From NCBI GenBank assembly GCA_965217185.1, contig OZ244252.1:608001-672000 (forward strand): a stretch of DNA of 64,000 bases, read 5' to 3'. Positions 10,601 to 18,570 of the stretch are shown in pieces. The number at the start of each line of letters is the position of its first letter. Within the stretch, counting starts at the first letter, position 1. The notes under the pieces are model-generated. The model did no database searches. It was not told the DNA's origin and worked only from the letters and a program-made list of their open reading frames with translations. Both the position numbers and the translations under genes were made by a program. This DNA is from an uncultured Candidatus Entotheonella sp. GTDB lineage: Bacteria; Tectomicrobia; Entotheonellia; Entotheonellales; Entotheonellaceae.

Positions 10601-11016
10601 CGGAAATCGCCGTCATCGCCGTTCCCGCCACCACCCACGGGCACAACATGACCGGCGACGACTTCGCGCTGACAGCCGGCTGGGGCCATTACGGAACCGG
10701 CGACGCGGTGATGCCGGGCCAAGGCCGCCTCGTCGAGCGCGAATACACGGCGGACGAACGCGCCGCCCTGGGGGACACGATAGCCTCGCTGGGCGAGACG
10801 ACGTTCGACGTGTATCTGAACGCCCGCGCCTTCTGGCGCAACGTCCCCGCCGCCATTTGGGGCTACAAGCTCGGCGGCTACCAGGTGCTCAAGAAGTGGC
10901 TGTCCTACCGCGAGCGCGGTGTTCTGGGGCGGGCGCTGTCGCCGGAGGAGGTGCTGTACTTCGCCGAGACCGGGCGACGGCTTGGGGCGATATTACTGAA
11001 TGAAACCTATATGTAG
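7654..11016 (+). CDS. Single-chain restriction-modification enzyme: PD-(D/E)xK nuclease + N6-adenine MTase + Type ISP-like C-terminal specificity domain
   Basis: HPDF...VVEVK nuclease motif, YEPFL...GVWYTP, LDPCCGTG (motif I), GNPPY (motif IV), YRPFD in the C-terminal region; no helicase motifs seen. Confidence 0.85.
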   Translation: MKQVNTKLAIAVETYFADLARIYASGGATGERSSYGPLANLLNAVGATLRPKVFCVGELADQGAGHPDFGLYAAHQVQRGRPRQGQVPERGVVEVKAPDEDTGSTAIREQVVRYRRRYDLVLVTNLRAFALVVPDETGGERALETFVLAASAGDFARKLETPRAFAGEVAAGLVEYLARALSHRAALAEPKDLAWLLASYARDGLARVEAAGDAPSLAAVRTALEEALGVRFEGDKGARFFHSTLVQTLFYGVFSAWVLWARQLPPPAGRFNWHEAVWHLRAPVLRALFQQLSDPGRLQPLGLVEVLDWTAAALDRVDREAFFSRFNQGEAVPYFYEPFLEAFDADLRKELGVWYTPAEVVRYMVARVDKALKDDLGIPDGLAAENVYVLDPCCGTGAYLAEVLRRIAANLEGRGLGALAGARVKQAATQRVFGFEIMPAPFVVAHLQIGLTMQELDAPLADTGDERPGVFLTNALTGWEPRTTKPLPFPELEEERDRAEKVKQATPILVILGNPPYNGFAGMAVDEERELSDAYRTTRRVRKPEGQGLNDLYVRFFRMAERRIAEKTGQGVVCFISNYSWLDGLSFTGMRERYLEAFDAIRIDCLNGDKYKTGKVAPDGSPDPSIFSTEGDSVGIQVGTAIATLVRKADHTPAGEVGFRHLWGRAKPVELTATAEAEPVALYDPIKPVLPLGLPFVRTATSEGWFDWPALPDLFPVSFPGVKTSRDGFLVDVDLDRLKARIADYFDAALSHEDIARRYPAAMKTTARFDARAIRDALLKHGGPDEAGFMCFAYRPFDSRWLYWEGETKLLDEKRADYRPHVFEGNLWLSAAQHLRKGAEEPQACFTRQLGSLHLIERTALMFPVYLRNDGLRIGGDGQPIPNLSGAAQRYLHCLGAGVEDLFHHVLAALHDPAYREANAGALRMEWPRIPLPGWPAPGSAGILPAADAADALAQSAACGRQLAALLDPDTPVPGVTTGTLRPEIAVIAVPATTHGHNMTGDDFALTAGWGHYGTGDAVMPGQGRLVEREYTADERAALGDTIASLGETTFDVYLNARAFWRNVPAAIWGYKLGGYQVLKKWLSYRERGVLGRALSPEEVLYFAETGRRLGAILLNETYM
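10468..10490. repeat. REP-like palindrome inside the RM coding sequence
   Basis: GGGAGCGCGGGCATCCTGCCCGC with GCGGGCA/TGCCCGC stem; translates as GSAGILPA. Confidence 0.55.
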
Positions 11017-12524
11017 TGCCGAAACGGTAAAGGTGGCAGATCGGGAACAGGGACAGCTGTAAGAATTTCGCCTACAGCATCAGCGAACTTGAGTGTAACA
11101 GGCTGCCCGTCAGCAAATTGGCAGGTGTTGAAGTTGATCTTTGTCAGGCCCATTACGTCCGTCATAACCCTGAGTAGGTCTGCTTTTCCTTTATGGATTT
11201 CGATCAACAAAGGATTAGGCACCTCCCAACCAGGATAGGTATCGAGTCGAGGTATAAACCCCTTGGTCCAAAGATATCCTGTCCATTTGCTTGGCAGGTA
11301 TGCGGTGCCACGCAACACGGGCATCTTACCCGGTCTATAGAGCTTCAGTTCATTAGTCGGGCGAATACGCACACCAACTAAGTTGGTCTCGTCTGGGACG
11401 ACGGATTTGAATCCTTCCCATTCGTCGTTATTAAACCGCGTCTTGCCATGGATAAAAAGCTCAGCGGGAGGCATTCCGTGTAGGTCTCGGTATGCCTCAA
11501 CGACCAGACTCATCAACTCAGAGGCTTTCTCTTTGTTAAGGTGGTATTCCTTGAGTTTATCCGAATACCAGGGACCGACCGCACCTCGAAAGACAACACC
11601 ATCGCCCGAGTCCAAAAACATTTGGGCACCGCAACAGGCATTGCCTGCGGCTGGGTTAGTATGGTCCTGTTTGTAAACCAACCCAACATAACAAACCCCC
11701 GGCCGGACCGATGCAAGTTTCCATGGTTTACCGCTGGCCTTGAAAAAGGCCGTCGTGCAGAGGTTCCAAGCGACTGTGGCAGGGTCTTGGAGCCTCCGAA
11801 CGGGATGACCATTTTCATTGAACAGGTGAGGCGTTAGTGTCGTCTCGCGTACGATTTGAAGGACCGCCTTCTGATCCAAGAGACGAGCTTTCAGCTGATG
11901 GTGAAAGTTAAGCTCGTAACGGTAAATTTCCGCAGCTTTCCGGTCTTCGGGGAAAAGCGAACCTTCACGGAGAATACGCCGTGCGCTCTTAGGTGAAAGA
12001 GGATTATTGCCTTTAATACGTTCTTCACTAGGCACAACTGATTTGGGACGACCGTAGCTGTGAACCTCTTCCGGTATTACAACGAACCAAACAGCAGGCG
12101 GTGCCTCCTCTTGGCGTAAATGCCTGCGTATAGGCTCTGTAAAAAGATCAACCGTCTTATAAATCGCTTCGTATCGATCCTTAATTCGGATTGAATTGCG
12201 GACAGCGTTTTCCGAGATCGTTAGCGCGACAAGGGGGGTTTCTGGCCATCGAGTGCCAAAAACAGCTTGAAATCCAGGCCAACTGGCGTGATGTGGTTTG
12301 TCTGAATTTTCAGGCGGAATGTAACCCCGAATACGCTTTACCCATCCGTGAAAGCAACTCAGACCGTCTGGCGTCCCAATGATGCCGATACGCATCTCAG
12401 CAGGGTTGGCTCTGTCCTCCAAGGGTCCGAACAGAAAAAGTCCGTCCTTCGGATACTCCAACTCCTGGCCGTAGCCAAAGCCTAATCGTGGTTCTTCGAT
12501 GTGTTGAAGTAGAGAGTTTGTCAT
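11007..12524 (-). CDS. Short prokaryotic Argonaute (MID-PIWI*) of a SPARTA system
   Basis: 505 aa; IEEPRLGFG..PKDGLFLFGP N-terminus, FHHQLKARLL, QIVRE, WNLCTTAFFKASGKPW, CYVGLVYK (no catalytic Asp), GLTKINFN, C-terminal LPFRHYI. Confidence 0.93.
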   Translation of the reverse strand: MTNSLLQHIEEPRLGFGYGQELEYPKDGLFLFGPLEDRANPAEMRIGIIGTPDGLSCFHGWVKRIRGYIPPENSDKPHHASWPGFQAVFGTRWPETPLVALTISENAVRNSIRIKDRYEAIYKTVDLFTEPIRRHLRQEEAPPAVWFVVIPEEVHSYGRPKSVVPSEERIKGNNPLSPKSARRILREGSLFPEDRKAAEIYRYELNFHHQLKARLLDQKAVLQIVRETTLTPHLFNENGHPVRRLQDPATVAWNLCTTAFFKASGKPWKLASVRPGVCYVGLVYKQDHTNPAAGNACCGAQMFLDSGDGVVFRGAVGPWYSDKLKEYHLNKEKASELMSLVVEAYRDLHGMPPAELFIHGKTRFNNDEWEGFKSVVPDETNLVGVRIRPTNELKLYRPGKMPVLRGTAYLPSKWTGYLWTKGFIPRLDTYPGWEVPNPLLIEIHKGKADLLRVMTDVMGLTKINFNTCQFADGQPVTLKFADAVGEILTAVPVPDLPPLPFRHYI

Positions 12525-13957
12525 ACCGCCTCCCTGTCATTATCTTCTTCATCGTCAAATAGGTTCTCAAACTCCTTTTCATCCAAGTCACCCTCAAGAT
12601 CATCCAGAATGTCGGCCTCCGTTTCGTCTTCTACATGGTCTTCTTCGGCTGCGGGCACTGAACCATTCTCGGCAATAGACAGAGGAGCGTCGAAGTCCAT
12701 CGGAGAGGCGGCGATTGTCGCCACAGCATCACCGCCAAGGGACAGGCTGAATTCCTCCTTTTCGTTCGCTAGGACAGTCACAAAAGCGCGAAGCAGGTCC
12801 CGCCAGCGATCATTCCACCAATTCTTGCAAAAACTCTTTCGCAAACGGGCAGTTCGGGCTTTGCTATCAAGTGGCGTCTTGCCATCTTCAGTGAAGACAA
12901 CATGAGGGCGCAAGACAAGATGCTGTGGAACAGTGAGACTCATCTTGCCTGATACTGCAAAGTGCCAATAGATTTTTCTTTTCTCGCTTCGACCAACCAG
13001 CCGTCGCCGCCGCTGCTTGCCGTTTTCATCTTGAAAAGTGGCAATGTTTCCTTCGATCAGATTGAGGGGGACGAACCACGCACTCCCATGTGCAAACTCA
13101 TAAAGCAATAGGCCCTGACTCTGTGAGAATTGTTCCCATGCTTGGCGGAGAAGTCTGGTTACCATGTTTCGAGCATCTCGCCTCGAGACCTGTGGCCCGT
13201 CGGTTTCCTGGCCATCCAGGAATTGTTGCAGTGGAACGCGATAAGCGTGCTCAAGCGGAATTTCGGGGGTCTGCATTTGAAGCATAGCCGCATCAGCAAA
13301 ACTTACGGCCAGACGGGCATATCGGACTGTGGGAATTTGAAATGTATTGAAGGCACGCAGCATGGCCTCTTGCGATGCATTGAAACGGGAAAAATTGATG
13401 TGGGATGGTAGTGAGGTTATTTGAAACCAGTTAGAGCATACCGATTCCGGTGTATCAGAAATGGAGGCGCTTTGCCGCAGCTTAAACTCCTGCCAAGTGG
13501 CCAGGGCTTCTCCGAAATCGCTAGTCGATTGCGTGATCCGGGCGTCTTGGAGAGTCTTCAGAAGCGTGCTGAATCCGTCTGCCCAGTTATGTGAGAAGTC
13601 AATTGCGTTTAGGCGGATCAACTGTTCGGGAAAGTCCGAGAAGGGAAGGTCATCAAGGCGAACGGGTATGATGAATTGTTTTTTACCAAGCCCGCGACCT
13701 GTATTTACAGAAAGAGCAATCTCATCAAGGACGCCATCTTTCCGGTAAGATTCATGGGATAAAGCAACGATAACGGCGGCGGCTTCCTCTCTGATCACAT
13801 TGCCAATATCTCGCCAGAATGTCTCTCCGCCGAGTAAATTAAGCACATCTGTCCATACTTCATAACCTGCAGCGGTCAAGCGCGTACCCAGCCAAGAGGC
13901 GAATTCATTATCTTCTGGATTGGCGTGGCTGATGAAGACGAGGCGCCGTTCTTTCAT
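12521..13957 (-). CDS. TIR-APAZ effector of SPARTA (predicted NADase)
   Basis: VFISHANPEDNEF, GYEVWTD, DGVLDEI (catalytic-Glu position), WHFAVS, FTEDG, KNWWNDRWRD; acidic C-terminal tail; 4-bp overlap with pAgo. Confidence 0.93.
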   Translation of the reverse strand: MKERRLVFISHANPEDNEFASWLGTRLTAAGYEVWTDVLNLLGGETFWRDIGNVIREEAAAVIVALSHESYRKDGVLDEIALSVNTGRGLGKKQFIIPVRLDDLPFSDFPEQLIRLNAIDFSHNWADGFSTLLKTLQDARITQSTSDFGEALATWQEFKLRQSASISDTPESVCSNWFQITSLPSHINFSRFNASQEAMLRAFNTFQIPTVRYARLAVSFADAAMLQMQTPEIPLEHAYRVPLQQFLDGQETDGPQVSRRDARNMVTRLLRQAWEQFSQSQGLLLYEFAHGSAWFVPLNLIEGNIATFQDENGKQRRRRLVGRSEKRKIYWHFAVSGKMSLTVPQHLVLRPHVVFTEDGKTPLDSKARTARLRKSFCKNWWNDRWRDLLRAFVTVLANEKEEFSLSLGGDAVATIAASPMDFDAPLSIAENGSVPAAEEDHVEDETEADILDDLEGDLDEKEFENLFDDEEDNDREAV

Positions 13958-14019
13958 ACAGTTCCTTCTCTTTATCTTCTCGCAGCGGTGTTTTAAGGGG
14001 CCATTTGAGCCTGACAACC

Positions 14020-14451
14020 TCAGAACGCCTCGGGAAGAACGGTGAAGCCCTCTCGATAGCCCGCGTCGCCCAGGCGCCGGTCCAACGACACCAAGCTCTG
14101 TCCTGTTGTGAGCCCTTGGCACCACAAGATGGCAGCGGCCAGTTGAAGCGCGTCTGCTGTTCGCAACGGATGCACGGCCAGCAATCGTTCGGCCGTGCTG
14201 CGCAGCGCCTCACTCGGCTGCATCTCGGTCCAGGCTTGCATCAGGGCCTGCAATAGCCTGCGAGCGGCACGTTCATCTGCGGGTGACAAGGTGCCCTCTC
14301 GTACTTGGCGCATCAGGGCAGAAATACATTCGGTGCGCGTGCCCCACCACACGACCATCGCCGGGTCCTGAACGAGGATCTCCTGTACCGCGTTCGACAG
14401 AGGCTGCTGAACGCATAACGGCACCACAGCCGACGCATCCCAGAATTTCAC
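14020..14451 (-). CDS. PIN-domain (VapC-like) toxin
   Basis: FWDASAVV, E at TRTECIS, LRTADALQLAAA, SLDRRL. Confidence 0.9.
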   Translation of the reverse strand: MKFWDASAVVPLCVQQPLSNAVQEILVQDPAMVVWWGTRTECISALMRQVREGTLSPADERAARRLLQALMQAWTEMQPSEALRSTAERLLAVHPLRTADALQLAAAILWCQGLTTGQSLVSLDRRLGDAGYREGFTVLPEAF

Positions 14452-14738
14452 CGGCCTTCTTCCCGCTCGCGTAAAACCGCCGAGAGCACAGCAGCCTGGG
14501 GATCCGGGGGACGTGGCATGTCCCAGAAGTCCGAAGGCAAAGGCTTCTCCCCGCGTTTGAGCAACCCCTTTTCTTCCAAGGCTCTCAAGTGCTCAGGGAG
14601 GGGAGTAGAATTCGAGAGGGGCAGTAGGCGCGCAATGGGCCGGCCACGCTCAGTGATAACCAGTTCTTCACCGGCTTTGACTTGACGCAAGCAGGCACTC
14701 AATGACACTTTGAGTTGTGATACTGTCGTCGTCCGCAT
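14448..14738 (-). CDS. Phd/YefM antitoxin
   Basis: TVSQLKVSLSACLRQVKAGEELVITERGRPIARL; overlaps the toxin start. Confidence 0.9.
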   Translation of the reverse strand: MRTTTVSQLKVSLSACLRQVKAGEELVITERGRPIARLLPLSNSTPLPEHLRALEEKGLLKRGEKPLPSDFWDMPRPPDPQAAVLSAVLREREEGR

Positions 14739-14780
14739 GAAGTACCCTTTCTGGTCAATAGTATCAGACCGATATAGTCC

Positions 14781-14971
14781 CTAGTAGCTGTTCAACGTAA
14801 TGCACAGGCATGATAAGTTGCCTCCCAGTAAGCTGCTGGCCATAAGCTGGGAGGGATGATTGTGAAGAAGCTCTATGTGGTCCGTTTGAGTGAAGAAGAA
14901 CGGACCGAATTGACGAAACGGGTCAAGTTGCATCATCTCTATCCCGTGATCAAAGATTGACGCACTACTAG
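14781..14971 (+). mobile_element. Internally deleted IS630-family miniature element (about 190 bp)
   Basis: Ends CTAGTAGCTGTTCAA and TTGACGCACTACTAG (imperfect inverted repeats); mini-ORF from 14856 MIVKKLYVVRLSEEERTELTKRVKLHHLYPVIKD joins transposase-like N- and C-termini. Confidence 0.7.
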
Positions 14972-15060
14972 TCATACCGTCGAACAATCAGAGCGGGAAC
15001 ACTTCCGGCGTAATACCCGTCCTGGTCCTTCTCGATGACGACCGTGTATTCGGTGCTCAT
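14968..15060 (-). pseudogene. Truncated HicB-family antitoxin
   Basis: MSTEYTVVIEKDQDGYYAGSVPAL matches a HicB N-terminus; similarity then stops and the frame ends at the IS630 end. Confidence 0.65.
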
Positions 15061-15109
15061 GGGATGCTCGCGTGGTTCGGATATTCTTTGGCGTACCCTC
15101 TCACTCTTT

Positions 15110-16249
15110 CTAACCGTCCGATCTCTTGTCAACGAGTGCCTCTCGGTGCGTTTTGTGAGATTCCTCGTAAAAGGTCATCACGTCCAAATCCGGCACTTCT
15201 TCTGGCGCAAAGTACCACGTTGCCATGAGCTTCCCGCCATCCATGGCCCGAACTTTAAGGTCAAAAATTACCTCCTGGGCTGGAAAGGTGGACGCAAGTG
15301 TGTTCCGCACCTGCTTCAAATCTGCCGGGAAGCCAGCACCTTGTCTGGGCACAGTGAGTCTGACGTGCACGAAAAGCAGTGTTTGCTGATCAAAGGTCGC
15401 CAGCCCGTGCGCCGGCGCGAGAGCATCGAGATATTGGCGAATCATCTTGACCTTGTAATCGTCGACGACAATATCACCTAGCAGAGCACGGACGAGCAGG
15501 CGTACGAAACGCACCAGACACGCGACTTGTTCACCGCTCAGGGTCAGGCTGGTGCCCTGCCTGGAACTCGAGAGGGTCAGCGTGCCCTCGGACACGGAGA
15601 AGCCATTTTTATGCACGACCTCATTGCGATACGGCAGCAATTGGCAAAAGAGCGCCTTGGCGTAGGTGTAAAGGTACGGTTGGCTCTCGAATAGGGGCGG
15701 AAGCTGGAAGTCGGGATTTTTTTCCAGCAACGCCGCCTTGCCCTTAAAAGACCGGGGAATGGTTGGGGAATTCTCCTCAAGGACCCACTCGAAGATCATG
15801 TCCAGTGCCTTGAAGGAAGCCACAAACGTGAGGGGCATGATGGCGTTGATGGCCGCTGCACTGTAAAAAGAGGGAAGGTCCTCCTCAGAGACCATTTCTA
15901 TCTGGCAAGTGTTGCTACCGCTCGTGAGTTCGAACACTGGCGGATCGTCCTTGCCCTGAAACCTATCGTCGTGCTTTGCCAGAAAATCGAGAAACCAGAT
16001 TTCATAGTCCAATTTGGTCCGAAGCGTCGTATTTTGGGCGTTGGCCTTTCCTTTCGCTTCCAGCGTCGATCTGATCTGTTCAAAACGTTCGACGGCCTCG
16101 GGCGTGTAAAGACGCTCGCCGCAGCGAAGGCAAACCGCGGCTTGAATTTTCAAGGTCTCCGTGAGATTGCCATCGCGTAAAACCTTCTCAACTTCCTTTT
16201 CAACGATTTCGCTACCACACACCGGACACTTATCCAATGGCGCTGTCAT
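15110..16249 (-). CDS. YgiT/MqsA-type zinc finger fused to an ~300-aa domain with a HEPN-like RxxxxH motif
   Basis: CPVCG...VCLRCGERLYTPE in the first 55 aa; SFKALD and YRNEVVH in the C-terminal domain. Confidence 0.7.
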   Translation of the reverse strand: MTAPLDKCPVCGSEIVEKEVEKVLRDGNLTETLKIQAAVCLRCGERLYTPEAVERFEQIRSTLEAKGKANAQNTTLRTKLDYEIWFLDFLAKHDDRFQGKDDPPVFELTSGSNTCQIEMVSEEDLPSFYSAAAINAIMPLTFVASFKALDMIFEWVLEENSPTIPRSFKGKAALLEKNPDFQLPPLFESQPYLYTYAKALFCQLLPYRNEVVHKNGFSVSEGTLTLSSSRQGTSLTLSGEQVACLVRFVRLLVRALLGDIVVDDYKVKMIRQYLDALAPAHGLATFDQQTLLFVHVRLTVPRQGAGFPADLKQVRNTLASTFPAQEVIFDLKVRAMDGGKLMATWYFAPEEVPDLDVMTFYEESHKTHREALVDKRSDG

Positions 16250-16560
16250 TACGTCCTCCTTTCACGCCAATTGATCCAGCGTACTGGGTCTGGGCGATAG
16301 ACGGTAACCAAGATTGTCTGCTGATTCGTCTCGACGTATGCCCAAACACTGTGGATTGGCTCCCCATCTGCATTGCTCCCATAGATCAGGCAGCTTGGAT
16401 AGGGTCGATCTTCCGGGTAATTTTCGATAATTTCGCCATTATGTACGGAGTAGAATATCCCTTCAAAGTCCAGGACATCATCCTGGGCTTCTTCATCCGC
16501 ATGATGGGTAATGCGATAATTTTGAGAGTCGATAGCCCGGATGATGTCCTGGATATCCAT
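16249..16560 (-). CDS. DUF4258 family protein (predicted RNase toxin)
   Basis: YRITHHADEE, GEIIENYPEDRPYPSCLIYG, PIHSVW, LVTVYRPDP; stop overlaps the next start. Confidence 0.85.
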   Translation of the reverse strand: MDIQDIIRAIDSQNYRITHHADEEAQDDVLDFEGIFYSVHNGEIIENYPEDRPYPSCLIYGSNADGEPIHSVWAYVETNQQTILVTVYRPDPVRWINWRERRT

Positions 16561-16768
16561 TTATGTGTCTCCATACAAACCTGATCTTACATGGTTTTTC
16601 CGGCGCGCATTCGGCGAGTTGGTGAATTCTGATGAGGATTTGACATTTGGGTCTGTCCACTTGAGACGTGCCGCCGCACGGTCGCCTCGCTTGGGGAAGT
16701 GGGCCGATGCTGTGGCTATCGAACGTGGTGATAGATGAGTTGATTGGCTGGGGAGAGGAGAGAGGAAA

Positions 16769-17875
16769 ATGCCAAAATTGAAGCGTATCCGGCTGGAGGG
16801 TTTCCGGTCCGTCAAAGGCATGGCCCTGGAGCTCCGGCCGCTCAATATCCTGATCGGTGCCAATGGGGCTGGAAAGAGCAACATCATCGCCTTTTTCAAG
16901 CTGGTGAACGAGCTCATGGGCGGACGGCTTCAACAGCATATCGGGGCAACGGGCGGCGCTTCGGCCAACCTGCACTTCGGTCCCAAGATCACCCCGCAAT
17001 TGGAAGCGGAACTGGCGTTTGAGGTTGACAATGGAACCGATACCTATCGGATGAGGCTGTTCCACGCCGCCGGTGATACGCTGATTTTCGCCGAAGAGAC
17101 ACTCTCTTTTCTACAAACGGGCTATTCGCGTCCCAAGGAAGTGCAGTTGGGTGCCGGTCATCAGGAAACGCGCATCGGTGACGAGGCGGCCAAAGACGAA
17201 CCCGTGGCAAGAACGCTCAGGTATTTGCTCAACCACTGTCGCGTCTATCATTTCCACGACACCTCGCCGACGTCGGGAGTCCGGCAGCATTGTTATGTCT
17301 CCGATAGCCGCTGGTTGATGCCGGATGCAGCTAATTTGGCCGCTGTCCTCCACCAGTTGAAGATGGATAACGAGGCCGTTTACCGTCGGATTGTCGGAAC
17401 CATTCGGCAGGTGGCTCCCTTCTTTGACGACTTTGATCTGGAGCCGACCACCGCCCAGCAAATTATTCTCAACTGGCGGCACCGCGCTTCCGATCGCGTG
17501 TTCGGCCCGCATCAGCTTTCGGACGGCACCCTGCGGGCCATCTGTCTGATTGCGTTGCTGTCACAGCCGAAAGAAGACCTCCCCATATTGATCGTGGTGG
17601 ATGAACCCGAACTCGGATTGCATCCGTACGCGCTCAACGTGATCGGTTCGCTGTTTCAGGCGGTCAGCCACCACACGCAAGTCCTCGTCAGTACACAATC
17701 CAGCACGCTTCTCGATGGTTTCGAGCCGCGGGACATTGTGGTTGTCGAGCGCAATGACAAAGACGAGACCACGGAATTCTATAGACCGGACGCCGAGAAA
17801 CTTGAGGAATGGCTGGAAGATTATTCGCTTGGAGAAGTCTGGGAGAAAAACGTCATCGGTGGAGGTCCACACTGA
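16769..17875 (+). CDS. ABC-type ATPase (AAA_21-like)
   Basis: GFRSV, LIGANGAGKSN (Walker A), LSDGT signature, VVDEPELGLHP (Walker B), STQS. Confidence 0.9.
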   Translation: MPKLKRIRLEGFRSVKGMALELRPLNILIGANGAGKSNIIAFFKLVNELMGGRLQQHIGATGGASANLHFGPKITPQLEAELAFEVDNGTDTYRMRLFHAAGDTLIFAEETLSFLQTGYSRPKEVQLGAGHQETRIGDEAAKDEPVARTLRYLLNHCRVYHFHDTSPTSGVRQHCYVSDSRWLMPDAANLAAVLHQLKMDNEAVYRRIVGTIRQVAPFFDDFDLEPTTAQQIILNWRHRASDRVFGPHQLSDGTLRAICLIALLSQPKEDLPILIVVDEPELGLHPYALNVIGSLFQAVSHHTQVLVSTQSSTLLDGFEPRDIVVVERNDKDETTEFYRPDAEKLEEWLEDYSLGEVWEKNVIGGGPH

Positions 17876-18570
17876 TGGTCCGCCTCCATGTCTTTGCGGA
17901 AGGCCGGACGGAACAGACGTTTGCCGATACGGTTCTGAAGCCGCATCTGGCAAACTTGGGCGTCTACATGTCAAAGCCGGTTTTGATTGCCCACGCCCGC
18001 AAGAAGGGCAGGGTTCACCGAGGGGGCGGGAGAGACTTTGCGGCGATGCAGAGCGACATTCGACGGCGTCTCAAACAGGAATCGGGCAACGAGGTGTTTT
18101 TCACCACGATGATCGACCTGTATGCGCTGCATCAAAACTTTCCGGGTTTTGAGGAGGCCGAACAATTTCGTCACGACCCGTACCAGCGAGTAGAGGCCCT
18201 CGAAAAGGCGTGGTCGGATGAGACCGACGACCGGCGTTTTATCCCGTTCATCCAGGTGCATGAATTTGAGGCATACCTGTTTTCCGACGTATCCCAGTTG
18301 GCTCCTTTCTTTGACCACGCAGATGCCCGCATCGCTCGTTTACGACGCGAAGCCAATGAGGTGGGTTCCCCGGAACGGATCAATGACGGGCAGCACTCCT
18401 CGCCATCCAAGCGGATCATCGCCCAATTTCCTGAATACGAGGGCTTGAAAGCGACGGTGGGCCCACAGGCAGCCGAGCGGATTGGCCTGGACGCCATCCG
18501 ATCCCGATGCCCCCATTTTGCAGCGTGGGTTCGTCGACTTGAGCATCTCCCGGAGGAATCCAGGCGTTGA
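17875..18570 (+). CDS. DUF4276 family (TOPRIM-like) protein
   Basis: VFAEGRTEQ, TTMIDLY, PFIQVHEFEAYLFSD, PERIND..SPSKRI, CPHFAAW; TGATG coupling to the ATPase. Confidence 0.85.
   Translation: MVRLHVFAEGRTEQTFADTVLKPHLANLGVYMSKPVLIAHARKKGRVHRGGGRDFAAMQSDIRRRLKQESGNEVFFTTMIDLYALHQNFPGFEEAEQFRHDPYQRVEALEKAWSDETDDRRFIPFIQVHEFEAYLFSDVSQLAPFFDHADARIARLRREANEVGSPERINDGQHSSPSKRIIAQFPEYEGLKATVGPQAAERIGLDAIRSRCPHFAAWVRRLEHLPEESRR

Noticed and set aside
13958..14125. 56-aa N-terminal extension on TIR-APAZ in the ORF track
   Set aside because: It overlaps vapC; the ATG at 13957 has a purine-rich RBS and matches where TIR domains begin
11007..16560. Integron cassette array (many short co-oriented genes)
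   Set aside because: No attC-like RYYYAAC...GTTRRRY palindromes between the genes and no integrase in the window
16561..16768. Short ORFs between DUF4258 and the ATPase
   Set aside because: No recognisable motifs or good RBS; more likely a divergent promoter region or a remnant
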